64,000 nt of DNA from Rickettsiales bacterium (GCA_031283185.1 JAITCH010000011.1:69171-133170), one strand, 5' to 3'. Counted from the first letter of the stretch, positions 16,724 to 26,663 are shown. The notes: generated by a model not told the origin, from the letters alone. Numbers and translations are program-made.

Positions 16724-19204
16724 TTACTGGCGGGAGAGGTGGTCGCAGGTATGGTATTTTGCCTCACCATCAAGATTCGGATACTCCGCGCCGTCCACAC
16801 TATATTTCTCAAACAGCCATTTCACCCTTTCCACAGCGCGGATAATAATCGCCGGATCGGTATAAATATGATTCTTATTCGTCTTTAAATCCAATATCCG
16901 CATCTCGCGGCATTTCGTTTTTCCAAACTCCGTAAATCCGCCGCTTTCTAAAATATAAGCCGTTATCGGAACCTGCGGAGAATTGCCTTCCGTCATTGAT
17001 TTCGCAGATGGAGCGCGCCCGGTTTTTATATCCATAACCACGCCGTCCCAAATCCTGTCAGCCCTTGCCGTAATGCGCCGCCTTGCAATAGTCGCCGCGC
17101 CGGATATTTCAGATTTCGCTCCCGCGCTTTCCTTAATCGTTTCCTCTATTAATGGCAAGGATTCCGCAAATCTCTTTTTCCAAAAATAAAAAGTCGCTGA
17201 TTCCATCGGCGCGAGCGCGGCAGCGAGCATATCAAAATCCGCCGGATTTCCATTCTCTATCAATGAATGCAACAAGATCCCGTAATCGCGGTTATCCGCC
17301 CCAGTCCGAATTGCTTCCATCGGGCGAAGGCGCAAAATATGCTTTGCATAAAACTCAAACGGATTATGCACAAATGTATCCAATGCCGTTGCAGATACTG
17401 GGTCAAATGTCGCAGGCGGCCGCGGCGCAGAAATTAATTCAGGCGCAAAATCCGGCAGGCGAAGTCCAGCATTTCGTAATTGAACGCCCGAAGTTTCAGC
17501 AAATACTTCCGCCCTTGTCAGAAAACGCGATTTGATTGCGGACGCGCCGCCAGTCCGTTTCGATCGCGTCCAAAAGACTTCCGCATTACAAGACAGATTA
17601 ATAAAGTCCATCGCCATAAGTCCCGTCTTGCGTTCCGCCGCTGGCAATCCGATTGCATCCGCAACCTTGCCCGGCAGCCAAGGGTGGCTAAATCCGCGCT
17701 TGGGAAAAAAGCCTTCGTTAAGGCCGCATATAACCACGACATCGGTCGGAACCATTCGCGCTTCTATTGTTCCCAGCACGCGCACGCGAGACAAAGGGTT
17801 TGATATGTTTCTGATTTTTATTCCGCCTGCAATAAATTCGAACAAAGCGGCAAAATCAAAAATGCTTCCATTCGCCAAAACACCCGCCCGCACAACCGCG
17901 CGCCATATATCCGCATTATCCGGCGTCATATTAGGACAAAGATATTCCACTGCCGCAAAAACAGAATTCGCAAAATTATTTTCAGGCGGAATAAATGCGA
18001 TGGATAATTTCGGATCCATTTCCAATATGTCCTGCATCTTGCCCGGGCGATCGCGGAACCGCTCTTTTATAAATTCATCCAGGTTCGGACGCGCATCAAC
18101 CAATCCGTTTTTAAGGATTGCGATGGCGGCGCGGACTTTATCATTCTCGCCAGTCCATAATCTCAGGATGGAAATTATCAGTTTTGATATAGGCAGCATA
18201 GTCGCCGGCTGACCGATGGACAGATCTGCCTCAATTCCAAGTTTCCCAAGTTCCAAACTAAGCCGATATGAAGCACTGACATCCGGCGAAATGGCCAGAA
18301 CGGACTTGCCTGATTTTGCCGCGTCATTAATTATGTTTGCCGCCTCGGTCATCTCGCTTGCCTCTGAATCGCATTCGGTAAGGGTAATTTTGCGCGCGGA
18401 CGCCGGTTCCAAATCGGGCTGGAAAATCAGATTCATAAAGTCGGCATTTGATTCGCCAGTATCTAAAATCCGAACGGACGAATGGGGTGTTTCAGCAGCG
18501 GCGAGCAACTTAGCCTCGGCATTATAAGGGTGCAAATCGGTCAAATTTCCCGGCATTTTCGCAATTTTGCCGGGAAGAAGCACAAATCCGTTAGAAAGGG
18601 AGGCAATTTTGACCAATAAATCGCGTGTCGCGGGAATACTGCCAGTCGAGCCACAGGCAAAAACACGAAAAAAAGCCGGGTTTTGCACTTCGGATAGCCA
18701 AGAACGAATGTCCCGGACGCGTTTTCTTGCATCCGTGTCTTTTAGTTCTGCAACTATGTCAAACAGGTCTGCTTTTTGAGAAAAATGATGTGCGAAATCA
18801 CCCGAAATAAGGTTATGAAAGTCGGGTCGGGGCATTTCTTCGGTGTCCAAATAGTCAATTATATGGATCAGGTCGTTTGTTATGCTGATGGCAAGGCTGA
18901 GATTGCAGTTAAGAGAGCGTTGAATCCTCCTGGCGGCAACGAATACCCGGTCAGCCTGGTTTTCGGCGTCCAAATCGTCTGATTCTTCCACCCCAGTTCC
19001 AAGCGGCACGAGTTTTGGAAGCAGAACTGCGCCACCTGTTTTTTCTACCAGCATTTCTTCAATGGCGATCGCGCTGCGGCGAGATGGAACGAAGATCAAA
19101 TCGCGCGAATAATCGTTATCAAACGGACGACCCATCAACTGCCAAAGACCATCTAAGATCTTTGCAGGATTGGTGCAGCAGAAAAAACCATTTTGATATG
19201 TCAT
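16724..19204 (-). CDS. addB: AddB-type double-strand-break repair nuclease (PD-(D/E)XK family); no addA adjacent
   Basis: 826 aa; C-terminal RecB-like nuclease motif VMDIKTGRAP and a terminal Cys cluster (YHTCDHLS); degenerate N-terminal helicase-like region typical of alphaproteobacterial AddB. Confidence 0.6.
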   Translation of the reverse strand: MTYQNGFFCCTNPAKILDGLWQLMGRPFDNDYSRDLIFVPSRRSAIAIEEMLVEKTGGAVLLPKLVPLGTGVEESDDLDAENQADRVFVAARRIQRSLNCNLSLAISITNDLIHIIDYLDTEEMPRPDFHNLISGDFAHHFSQKADLFDIVAELKDTDARKRVRDIRSWLSEVQNPAFFRVFACGSTGSIPATRDLLVKIASLSNGFVLLPGKIAKMPGNLTDLHPYNAEAKLLAAAETPHSSVRILDTGESNADFMNLIFQPDLEPASARKITLTECDSEASEMTEAANIINDAAKSGKSVLAISPDVSASYRLSLELGKLGIEADLSIGQPATMLPISKLIISILRLWTGENDKVRAAIAILKNGLVDARPNLDEFIKERFRDRPGKMQDILEMDPKLSIAFIPPENNFANSVFAAVEYLCPNMTPDNADIWRAVVRAGVLANGSIFDFAALFEFIAGGIKIRNISNPLSRVRVLGTIEARMVPTDVVVICGLNEGFFPKRGFSHPWLPGKVADAIGLPAAERKTGLMAMDFINLSCNAEVFWTRSKRTGGASAIKSRFLTRAEVFAETSGVQLRNAGLRLPDFAPELISAPRPPATFDPVSATALDTFVHNPFEFYAKHILRLRPMEAIRTGADNRDYGILLHSLIENGNPADFDMLAAALAPMESATFYFWKKRFAESLPLIEETIKESAGAKSEISGAATIARRRITARADRIWDGVVMDIKTGRAPSAKSMTEGNSPQVPITAYILESGGFTEFGKTKCREMRILDLKTNKNHIYTDPAIIIRAVERVKWLFEKYSVDGAEYPNLDGEAKYHTCDHLSRQ

Positions 19205-19773
19205 TCTATCCCTAATGCTTTGCGAACCTCTTCTGCTCCGATTTTTTTTGCTGCTGATGTAATGATAACATCTGCGCGCGCGGCAGGTCTTTTCTGTATC
19301 TCCGCCTTGACCGATCCCAAAACTTCTTTCAATTCGGACGAATTTAATTTATCTGTTTTCGTTAATATGATTTGATAATTCGTCCCGGTGCGATCAAACG
19401 CATCCATAACTTCTATATCGCTTTGCATAAAGCCGCGGCGCGAATCTATCAACAGCATTACCGCAACCAAGTTCGGTCGTCCGCCTATATATTCCGCAAC
19501 CATTTCCTGCCACGCGCGCACATCAGATTTTGACGCAACGCTATATCCATATCCCGGAAGATCCGCGAGTGTTCGCCCTCCGAACTCGAAAAGATTAATC
19601 GTCTGTGTTCGGCCGGGAGTATTGGATGCGCGCGCCAAATGCGAAAAGCCGGTCGCAAGATTTATAAGCGTTGATTTGCCGACATTAGACCGCCCAAGGA
19701 AGGCGTATTCGGGATTATTTAATACGGGCAATTCGCCCGCGTCAGTCCAACTGCCAATGAATTCTGGTTTCAT
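19201..19773 (-). CDS. engB: Ribosome biogenesis GTPase YihA/EngB
   Basis: G1 GRSNVGKSTLIN, 190 aa. Confidence 0.85.
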   Translation of the reverse strand: MKPEFIGSWTDAGELPVLNNPEYAFLGRSNVGKSTLINLATGFSHLARASNTPGRTQTINLFEFGGRTLADLPGYGYSVASKSDVRAWQEMVAEYIGGRPNLVAVMLLIDSRRGFMQSDIEVMDAFDRTGTNYQIILTKTDKLNSSELKEVLGSVKAEIQKRPAARADVIITSAAKKIGAEEVRKALGIE

Positions 19774-20582
19774 TTTTTTGCTCCCAACGCCAAGTCGTAA
19801 GCGTCTTTTTTAGATATGCCGGATCGGGCGGAGATTTCTTCGGCCGCATCTTTGGTTTTTATATTTCGTTTTGCAACATCTTCTACGATTTCTTTTATTG
19901 CCTCATCGGATAATGCGGCGCGCGGCGCAGGCTCTATCAGCAAGACCATTTCTCCGCGACACTCGAATTCTGGAAAGTCAGCGGGGTATCCGACAACGAC
20001 TTCTTCATATATTTTGGTTAATTCCCGCGCGACTGCGATTTTCCGTTCCGGCATAATTTTCGCCAATGCGGCGATGGTATCCATAATGCGATTCGGCGAT
20101 TCGTAATAAATGATTGTTATGGGAATGCGCGCTGCAATGCTAAGTTCTTTATCCCGCGCCATATCTTTTGCTGGCAGAAACCCCAGGAATGAAAATCGGT
20201 CGGTTGGAAATCCAGACAGCACCAATGCGGATACCAATGCGGATGCCCCCGGCACAACGGATATTAAAATTTTGCGCGCCCGCGCTTCGCGCACCAACTT
20301 AAATCCCGGGTCGGATACCAATGGCATTCCGCTATCGGATATTAATGCGACAGCCATTCCGCCATCTATTTTATCAATTATATCGGGAATGGACTGACCT
20401 TCATTATGTTCGTGAAAAGCGGATAATTTGGTCTTAATATCAAAATTAGCGCATAATTTGCCGGAAACCCGCGTATCTTCGCATAAAATCAGGTCGGCGT
20501 CCCGTAATGTCTGGACTGCCCGCGAAGACATATCGGATAGATTTCCGATTGGCGTGCCGACTATGTAAAGTCCCGCTTGCAT
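19770..20582 (-). CDS. rsmI: 16S rRNA (cytidine1402-2'-O)-methyltransferase RsmI
   Basis: Tetrapyrrole-methylase fold; LYIVGTPIGNLSD ... LILCEDTR. Confidence 0.8.
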   Translation of the reverse strand: MQAGLYIVGTPIGNLSDMSSRAVQTLRDADLILCEDTRVSGKLCANFDIKTKLSAFHEHNEGQSIPDIIDKIDGGMAVALISDSGMPLVSDPGFKLVREARARKILISVVPGASALVSALVLSGFPTDRFSFLGFLPAKDMARDKELSIAARIPITIIYYESPNRIMDTIAALAKIMPERKIAVARELTKIYEEVVVGYPADFPEFECRGEMVLLIEPAPRAALSDEAIKEIVEDVAKRNIKTKDAAEEISARSGISKKDAYDLALGAKK

Positions 20583-20629
20583 TTCGCGTCCTTTTCTTTT
20601 ATCTTAAACCAACCCAACAGGAATCTCAA

Positions 20630-22396
20630 ATGAAAATTACTAAAATATCAGTATTAATGCTTGGTTTGCTTGCCGCTTGCGGCGGACAGCAGGAACTATA
20701 TAAACCGATGCCGGTATCATATGATGTCCCGGCCGACCTGCTTTACGGCACATACCGCGGGTCGGATGCCGAGGGCGGCTATTCTGGACGCGGGAAAATC
20801 GCCGCAGTTCTGCCTTTATCCGGGAAATTCGCATCCGCCGGAACAGGCATACAAAAAGCCATAGAAATGGCCGCGCTTAAATCCAAGGACGCGCCGGTTA
20901 TAGAATTCTTTGATTCCGGCGCGGATAAAGAAGGCGCGGTCAAAGACGCGTTAAACTCCGGCTCGGACATAATCATAGGTCCCGTATTCGCTGACGAGGC
21001 TATGATTCTACGCGGGCGGAATTATAATAGAATCCCCGCGCTTACATTTACTTCGGATGCCGAAGCATTGGGATCTGGCGTTTATTCCATCGGAATTATG
21101 CCGGGACAGCAAGCAGAACGCATAGTTAAATACGCCGCCGCTATGGGAAAAAATAATATGCTTATCCTTGCGCCGGATTCCAAACAGGGCAGAGTATTGG
21201 CGACAGCATCTGTTGCAGCCGCCGATGTTTATGGCGTGAACATAGTCGGGCTTTATTACCACGATGAAAATGGAAGTCCAGATAAACTCCGCGAACTTGC
21301 AAAAAAAGTTTCCCTTAACAAAGCTCGGAACGCCGCCAATAACGAGGCAAAAAGCATAATCTCCGATATTCTGTCCGAAGGCAAAATCAGCGGATCAGAA
21401 CGAGATATGCTGGAAACGGAATTGAAAGCCCGCACACAGGAAGATTCGCTTGGGGCGTTGCCATATGATTCCGTGCTGATATTGTCTTCCGGCAATGATG
21501 TGAAGAATATCGCCTCGTTCCTGCGCTATTATGATGTGAAGGCAAATGATGTGCAGTTCTTTGGCACGGCTGCGTGGGATTCGGACGATACGCGGCACGA
21601 TATGATCTTGGTCGGCGGCGCATTCCCCGGAATGCCCGTCAATATGCCCGAATTTGCAAATAGTTATACCGCATTGGACGGGCGCGCTCCGTTTCGTATG
21701 GCCAGTATGGGATATGACGCGTTTATGATCGCATCCAAGGTGCTGGGACGCGGACAGAAAGTAGAAGATGTCTTACGCGACCCGGCGGGCTTTAAGGGCG
21801 CGGATGGCATAATCCGATTCGGCGAAAACGGGGAATCGGAACGGGGACTTGCAATATATAAATTAAACGGCTTGTCGAAACCGATGGTATCCGACCTGCC
21901 GCCCAGCAGTTTTATGAAGCCGATATATAAGGTGTCCAAAGTCCCGTTCTTGGCGGGGAATTTGGTGGACTTGCCAACGATGGATATAGATCCGATTGAT
22001 TATATAAATGTGCCGGAACGATTAAAGGGTAAATGGCGGCGCAGCCATAATTCGGCGACAGCGGGCGCGAAAATGACCGGGACGAATCTTATACATGCGG
22101 AAGATATGTCCGGCGAAGTAATTGTTGAAGAAGATTTTTCAGGCTCTGCAATGCCTGAAAAAATAGAACAACAATTATTGGATAATGTGGAAATTGTGGA
22201 AAAGCCCAAGGCGGCAAATAAGAAAAAGCCCGCGCCGGTTATAAAGAAAAAGGCAGATGCTGCTAAACCCGCCGCGCCAGTTGCATTGAGATCTGCGGCT
22301 GCGGCGGCAAAAAAGCCGGAAACCAAGAAGGGGAAGACCAAGACGCGGCCATTACCCCCAAAGAACGACGACTACATAGATGTCGATCCGATGTAA
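20630..22396 (+). CDS. LpoA-like / periplasmic-binding-protein (type 6) family lipoprotein with a C-terminal Lys/Ala/Pro-rich tail
   Basis: Lipobox LLAAC|GG; GKIAAVLPLSGKFASAGTGIQKAIEMA ... ILAPDSKQGR; last ~90 aa KPKAANKKKPAPVIKKKADAAKPAAPV...KKPETKKGKTKTRPLPP. Confidence 0.5.
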   Translation: MKITKISVLMLGLLAACGGQQELYKPMPVSYDVPADLLYGTYRGSDAEGGYSGRGKIAAVLPLSGKFASAGTGIQKAIEMAALKSKDAPVIEFFDSGADKEGAVKDALNSGSDIIIGPVFADEAMILRGRNYNRIPALTFTSDAEALGSGVYSIGIMPGQQAERIVKYAAAMGKNNMLILAPDSKQGRVLATASVAAADVYGVNIVGLYYHDENGSPDKLRELAKKVSLNKARNAANNEAKSIISDILSEGKISGSERDMLETELKARTQEDSLGALPYDSVLILSSGNDVKNIASFLRYYDVKANDVQFFGTAAWDSDDTRHDMILVGGAFPGMPVNMPEFANSYTALDGRAPFRMASMGYDAFMIASKVLGRGQKVEDVLRDPAGFKGADGIIRFGENGESERGLAIYKLNGLSKPMVSDLPPSSFMKPIYKVSKVPFLAGNLVDLPTMDIDPIDYINVPERLKGKWRRSHNSATAGAKMTGTNLIHAEDMSGEVIVEEDFSGSAMPEKIEQQLLDNVEIVEKPKAANKKKPAPVIKKKADAAKPAAPVALRSAAAAAKKPETKKGKTKTRPLPPKNDDYIDVDPM

Positions 22397-22398
22397 GG

Positions 22399-22658
22399 CC
22401 AAAAAACATAAGGTGCATTTTTGAGATATTTATTGGATGGCCTATCAAGCCGTTGCGATGTCGCTGGATTTTTTGAGATTATTATTATAATTAATATCGT
22501 GCAAAAAACATTAACGAGGTCGCGTTTGTTAGGATAGAACGGATAATAACCAGGAACGGCAGGGCGCGATGGGCTATCCGCCCATAAGTTTCCCTGCCGT
22601 TCCGAAGTTAGTAGCCGTTATAGACAACAAACGAAAAACCGAGGTTATGTTTTTTGGC
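22399..22658. repeat. Two family B elements in tandem: a core-less flank-only copy followed by a full inverted copy
   Basis: aaaaaacataaggtgcattttt...gttgcgatgtcgctggatttttt, then the reverse complement of the 16507-16664 element. Confidence 0.65.
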
Positions 22659-24339
22659 ATTTAGGCAATAAAGAATTAATAGCTGGGCGCAAGTTGGATG
22701 CGTTGAATAAATAACTCCCGCTGACCAACTCATCCGCCCCGGCGCGCCAGCATAACTGCGCCGTCTCTTCATTTATCCCGCCATCCATTATTATCTGAAA
22801 TTTCAATCTGCCCTTGGCGCGGACTTTACAAAGCCTTCGCACCTTATCCAAAACCTCTATCATAAACTGCTGCCCGCCGATTCCCGGCACCACCGACATC
22901 ACAATAATTCTATCAAGGTGTTTTATTATCGGCGCAATCGTATCAATTTCATCTTCCGGGTTTAGAGCAATGCCGCATTTGACCCCCGCCTGCTTTATAT
23001 GGGCAAGGTTCTGGGCAAGGTTTCGAGACCCGGTGATGAGGACAATTGAATCCGCCCCCGCCCGGATGAATTTCGGAATTTCAGGCGCAGGATCGCCCGC
23101 CATTAAATGCGCCGAAAATTTCAATGCGGAATCACGGGTTATATTTGCGGCATCCTTTGCCGAACCTGTTTTTTGCGGCGTCCATTTTCCATCCATAAAG
23201 TCATAATGGATTTCGCGCACACCGGCTTCCTCGAATTGGCGGAGAAGACTTCGGGTCATTCTACCAAAAGAAAGCGAGCTGGGCTGGATGGGACATTTCG
23301 GACTGGCCAAGCGATATATAATTCTTCTTAAAAACATAACGATGCGCGAACGGGATGGTTGCTGCGAAGTGCTGCGGCAAGCGGCGGCGATGGCGGTATC
23401 CGCTGCGGCGGCGATGGCGGTGCCATCCAAAGTTTCGGATATGATTTTGGACGCGACTTTGACATTGCTGCCGCCGCCGAAGAGAATGATTTTTTTAGGA
23501 ATTTCACCTGGAAATTTAGCCGCCAATTCGTCCGAAATTTTCCCGGCCAAAATCTTGAAAAAGCCGGAGATTTCGTCCTTTATATCTGCGGCATTTACAG
23601 ACCCGATTGTATCAAATTGGTCTTCCAATTTAAGGGGGGAAACGGCGGCCTGGATTTTCAATTTTTCCGCATCTAAAAAACTGATGTCAAACCTGTCCGC
23701 GATCTGTTTGGTCAAGTCCATTTGTCCGATGCCCAGTTCATCCATATGGACTATGCCGGCGTCATTTCCGACCGCAATGCGGGTTGCGGATCCGCCGAGA
23801 TGAATGAGTAATGCTTCGCCTGAAAATTTATACATAACCTGCATCATATCTATAAAGCCGACTGGTTCCAGATAAGATGCCTCCGCCGTTCGGGCGAGGC
23901 ATTCGGTTTCTTGGCGCGGGCAAAGGATGGCGAAAAAATCGCCCCTAAGATCTGCTGTTCTGATGCCGACGGGCGAGTCTACATTTTGTCCATCCGCATC
24001 CCAGCGAATAGGGACAAGATGAATGGTTGAGAGTTCCGGGTTTTGGAGTTCTGGTAATGCCGCGATCATTTTGCGGACATCCGATTCCGTTATTTTCTTG
24101 GGGTATGGAAAGGCGAGGCTGTTAGACACTATGCCCGAAGTTTGTCCGCCGAAATATCCCGCGATAAAGGCGCGTTTGAATCGGCTGCGGGTTTCGGCCT
24201 CCAATTCGTCCAAGACTGCGTTTAATGCGTCCCCGGGATTGGCTGAAATATCTTTTGTTTTGATGATTATTTTATCGTTAAAGGATGCGGCTGCCTTGAC
24301 CCGGTTTCTTCCGAAATATATGACGATTGCATCGCTCAT
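22645..24339 (-). CDS. Single 564-aa reading frame: truncated FtsA-like actin-family domain (residues 1 to ~335) fused without a stop to a complete ribulose-phosphate 3-epimerase
   Basis: FtsA blocks LLIHLGGSATRIAVGNDAGIVHMDELGIGQMDLTKQIA and KKIILFGGGSNVKVASKII. The first phosphate loop is degenerate (VIYFGRNR) and the FtsA C-terminus is missing. After an Ala-rich linker the Rpe blocks follow: IHYDFMDG, HLMAG, MSVVPGIGGQ, IIMDGGIN, AGADELVSGS. Confidence 0.6.
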   Translation of the reverse strand: MSDAIVIYFGRNRVKAAASFNDKIIIKTKDISANPGDALNAVLDELEAETRSRFKRAFIAGYFGGQTSGIVSNSLAFPYPKKITESDVRKMIAALPELQNPELSTIHLVPIRWDADGQNVDSPVGIRTADLRGDFFAILCPRQETECLARTAEASYLEPVGFIDMMQVMYKFSGEALLIHLGGSATRIAVGNDAGIVHMDELGIGQMDLTKQIADRFDISFLDAEKLKIQAAVSPLKLEDQFDTIGSVNAADIKDEISGFFKILAGKISDELAAKFPGEIPKKIILFGGGSNVKVASKIISETLDGTAIAAAADTAIAAACRSTSQQPSRSRIVMFLRRIIYRLASPKCPIQPSSLSFGRMTRSLLRQFEEAGVREIHYDFMDGKWTPQKTGSAKDAANITRDSALKFSAHLMAGDPAPEIPKFIRAGADSIVLITGSRNLAQNLAHIKQAGVKCGIALNPEDEIDTIAPIIKHLDRIIVMSVVPGIGGQQFMIEVLDKVRRLCKVRAKGRLKFQIIMDGGINEETAQLCWRAGADELVSGSYLFNASNLRPAINSLLPKCQKT

Positions 24340-25022
24340 TGTGAAACCAGGGTTCTCGCGCTGTCGCGCAGATCAAGTGTCTTTAATTTCTTGCCAAGTA
24401 TTTTATCTGATTTTTGGAGCGCGGATAAACGCGCCAGCGATTTATCCAAATCTTCGCCAAGCAGGACGCGCCCCCCGCCCTTTATATTGATGTTATATCT
24501 GCGGGTTTCTATCAATTCCACGCTGCGGATAAAGGGGTTCAGGTCTGGGAATTTAGCGAATGCACGGATTATGATTTCAGCATCGGTCGGGCGAAGGCCT
24601 TCAAATAACAGGCCGTTGAATTTTTTAACAGGGATGCGGACGATTGCGCCATTGCTTGCCATCGGATATATGTCTCGTCCGTCTGTCCAAAATGCGATGG
24701 GTTTGAGTTCTTCGATGAGTAATACTATGCGTCCGTTAGGGAATCGCTTGGCGCGGGCGCGGGATATTTCTGGCAATGATATAGCGGCGGACGCAAGGGT
24801 ATTAAGGTCTATGTCGTAAACGGAAGAGCCTTTTTTTATACCGAGTTTACCGACTACTTTATCACTGGTTATGGTTTTTGGGGCGGGCATTATCAGGATG
24901 GATCGGATTGGGGCGGCACCTGTAAGTCCTGCGGAAATCATAATACCGCGGATACAGGCATATCCTGCCGCGATAAGGGTAGCGATGGCGCAAAGCCATA
25001 AAACGGGTTTATTGCTGGTCAT
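24336..25022 (-). CDS. ftsQ: Cell-division protein FtsQ (POTRA domain)
   Basis: N-terminal TM LWLCAIATLIAAGYACI; POTRA-like region; ATGA overlap with the downstream ftsA-like gene. Confidence 0.6.
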   Translation of the reverse strand: MTSNKPVLWLCAIATLIAAGYACIRGIMISAGLTGAAPIRSILIMPAPKTITSDKVVGKLGIKKGSSVYDIDLNTLASAAISLPEISRARAKRFPNGRIVLLIEELKPIAFWTDGRDIYPMASNGAIVRIPVKKFNGLLFEGLRPTDAEIIIRAFAKFPDLNPFIRSVELIETRRYNINIKGGGRVLLGEDLDKSLARLSALQKSDKILGKKLKTLDLRDSARTLVSQ

Positions 25023-25093
25023 ATAAGGATTATATCATAAAGAGCGCAAAGTATGAAGTGGAGAGTGGAAAGTGGAGAGTGGAAATGTGAAAT

Positions 25094-25150
25094 ATGAGTC
25101 TAACCACCCCGGCGGCTTTGCCGCCACCTCGCCACCATTGGCGGGGAATT
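25094..25150. repeat. GC-rich hairpin repeat, family C (accaccccggcggctttgccgccacc...ttggcggggaatt); second copy at 33311-33360
   Basis: Near-identical 50-nt palindromic sequence at two loci. Confidence 0.5.
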
Positions 25151-25154
25151 GTCT

Positions 25155-26075
25155 TTATAGTTTGGAATAAAGTTCTATGTATTCAGATGCGGTTTTATTT
25201 ATGTCTAAAAACTTCTTCGCAAACTTGGCATTATCCATTGCAATTTGTGATTTTTCCCCGGTGGATAAATCAAGCGCGGCAGAAAACGCATCACGGAATT
25301 CTTCCACATCATCCGGGTCAATTTCCCAGTTCGTTGGAATTTCCGGAGCAAGCCCCCGCTTCATCGCAATAACAGGCGTCCCAAGGCTAAGCGCGGCCGG
25401 CATATATTTGTGATCATATAAAGACAGCACAAAGAATGCAGAGCGCAGCAAACTTGGCATATCCGGCTCTACCCCGATGAATATGATTTTATCCCCGAGA
25501 CCGGCTTTACGGGCATCTTTGGTAAGTTTCTTGCCGCTGGCTGGGGAAAGTTCGCCAACCATTGCGATTATGAAATCCTGGCGATCTAAATCTTCGGCCA
25601 TATCAATAATATCCGGCAGGCTGTCTTTGACGGGGCCGAGTGCCACAATCATCTTCCTGTCGTGCGGGATATTGTATTTTTGGAATATGTCGGTTTGGCG
25701 GCGGGCAGGTATGGCGTCGGGATTGAATATGGCAAGGTTTAGCCCTGTGCGGATGACTGATTTGATCCCCCAACCATTCCCGATGAATTTGGAAGTCGCA
25801 ATAAGTTTTGCGCCGCGAATCCAGGACTTTTGCCGCCATTTGGCCATAAAATGGTTGTCGGGTTCTTCGGACAGGGTAATGACGCGCGGGTTTTTAAGGC
25901 GGTGCGTGGCCTGCGCGGCGCGCAGCCCAAAGCAATGGACGATGGCGTTTTTGTCGGTTATTTTATCGCCTGTGCGAAGAGAGTCCACGGCGACACCCAT
26001 AACGGATAATGATTTAGCCAACGGCGCGACTGAACGCGATAAAGGATTGTCTGAGACGAGTATTACTTTTTTCAT
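25155..26075 (-). CDS. Glycosyltransferase (GT-B fold, GT4-like C-terminal half)
   Basis: 306 aa; C-terminal ...IGVEPDMPSLLRSAFFVLSLYDHKYMPAALSLGTPVIAMKRG... resembles the GT1/GT4 nucleotide-sugar-binding region. Confidence 0.4.
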   Translation of the reverse strand: MKKVILVSDNPLSRSVAPLAKSLSVMGVAVDSLRTGDKITDKNAIVHCFGLRAAQATHRLKNPRVITLSEEPDNHFMAKWRQKSWIRGAKLIATSKFIGNGWGIKSVIRTGLNLAIFNPDAIPARRQTDIFQKYNIPHDRKMIVALGPVKDSLPDIIDMAEDLDRQDFIIAMVGELSPASGKKLTKDARKAGLGDKIIFIGVEPDMPSLLRSAFFVLSLYDHKYMPAALSLGTPVIAMKRGLAPEIPTNWEIDPDDVEEFRDAFSAALDLSTGEKSQIAMDNAKFAKKFLDINKTASEYIELYSKL

Positions 26076-26148
26076 TTTTTGTTTTATGCCTTTCTATTCA
26101 TTATCATTATAGATAAATAATTTCCAAAAATCCAGTGGTATAAATAAA

Positions 26149-26277
26149 AATTCCCCTCCGATGGAGGGGTGCCCGAAGGGCGGGGTGGTTTAACCACATA
26201 TTACCACAATACTTGCCAAAATGTGGCTAAACCACCTCCCCCCACTTCGTGGGGGACTCCTCCACAGGAGGAGAATT
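26149..26277. mobile_element. RPE-like palindromic element, family A copy 4
   Basis: aattcccctccgatggaggggtgcccgaagggcggggtgg...gggggactcctccacaggaggagaatt. Confidence 0.7.
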
Positions 26278-26282
26278 TTTCT

Positions 26283-26663
26283 TTATGAAGCCCTTAATAA
26301 ATAGCCCTTCTTAAACATACATTTCCGATAGACGCCTACCGAATTGGACGACATATTAGATGGGGCGGATACCAAAACCCGCTGACCCACCCCTTGGAAT
26401 TCATTTGACTGGAACGACACCCATAATCCGTCCCATTCGGGCAAAGAACTGATTTGTCCGGGCATAAGGAGTTTGGCAAGTTTAGATCTCGGTTCATTCA
26501 TATCCCGGTTTATCCCCAAACATTCCTTATGGTCGCTGGTAAAGCGGTCTTGGGTAACAGATTCGTTTTCCCAATTCATAATGGTGGCGTTATCCAATCG
26601 CCCCCGGCTGGTGGAAGAGCAAGCGGCAAGAATAACCAGTAAAGATATTGCGTATTTATTCAT
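26283..26663 (-). CDS. Hypothetical lipoprotein (126 aa)
   Basis: Signal and lipobox LLVILAAC|SS; no known domain. Confidence 0.4.
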   Translation of the reverse strand: MNKYAISLLVILAACSSTSRGRLDNATIMNWENESVTQDRFTSDHKECLGINRDMNEPRSKLAKLLMPGQISSLPEWDGLWVSFQSNEFQGVGQRVLVSAPSNMSSNSVGVYRKCMFKKGYLLRAS

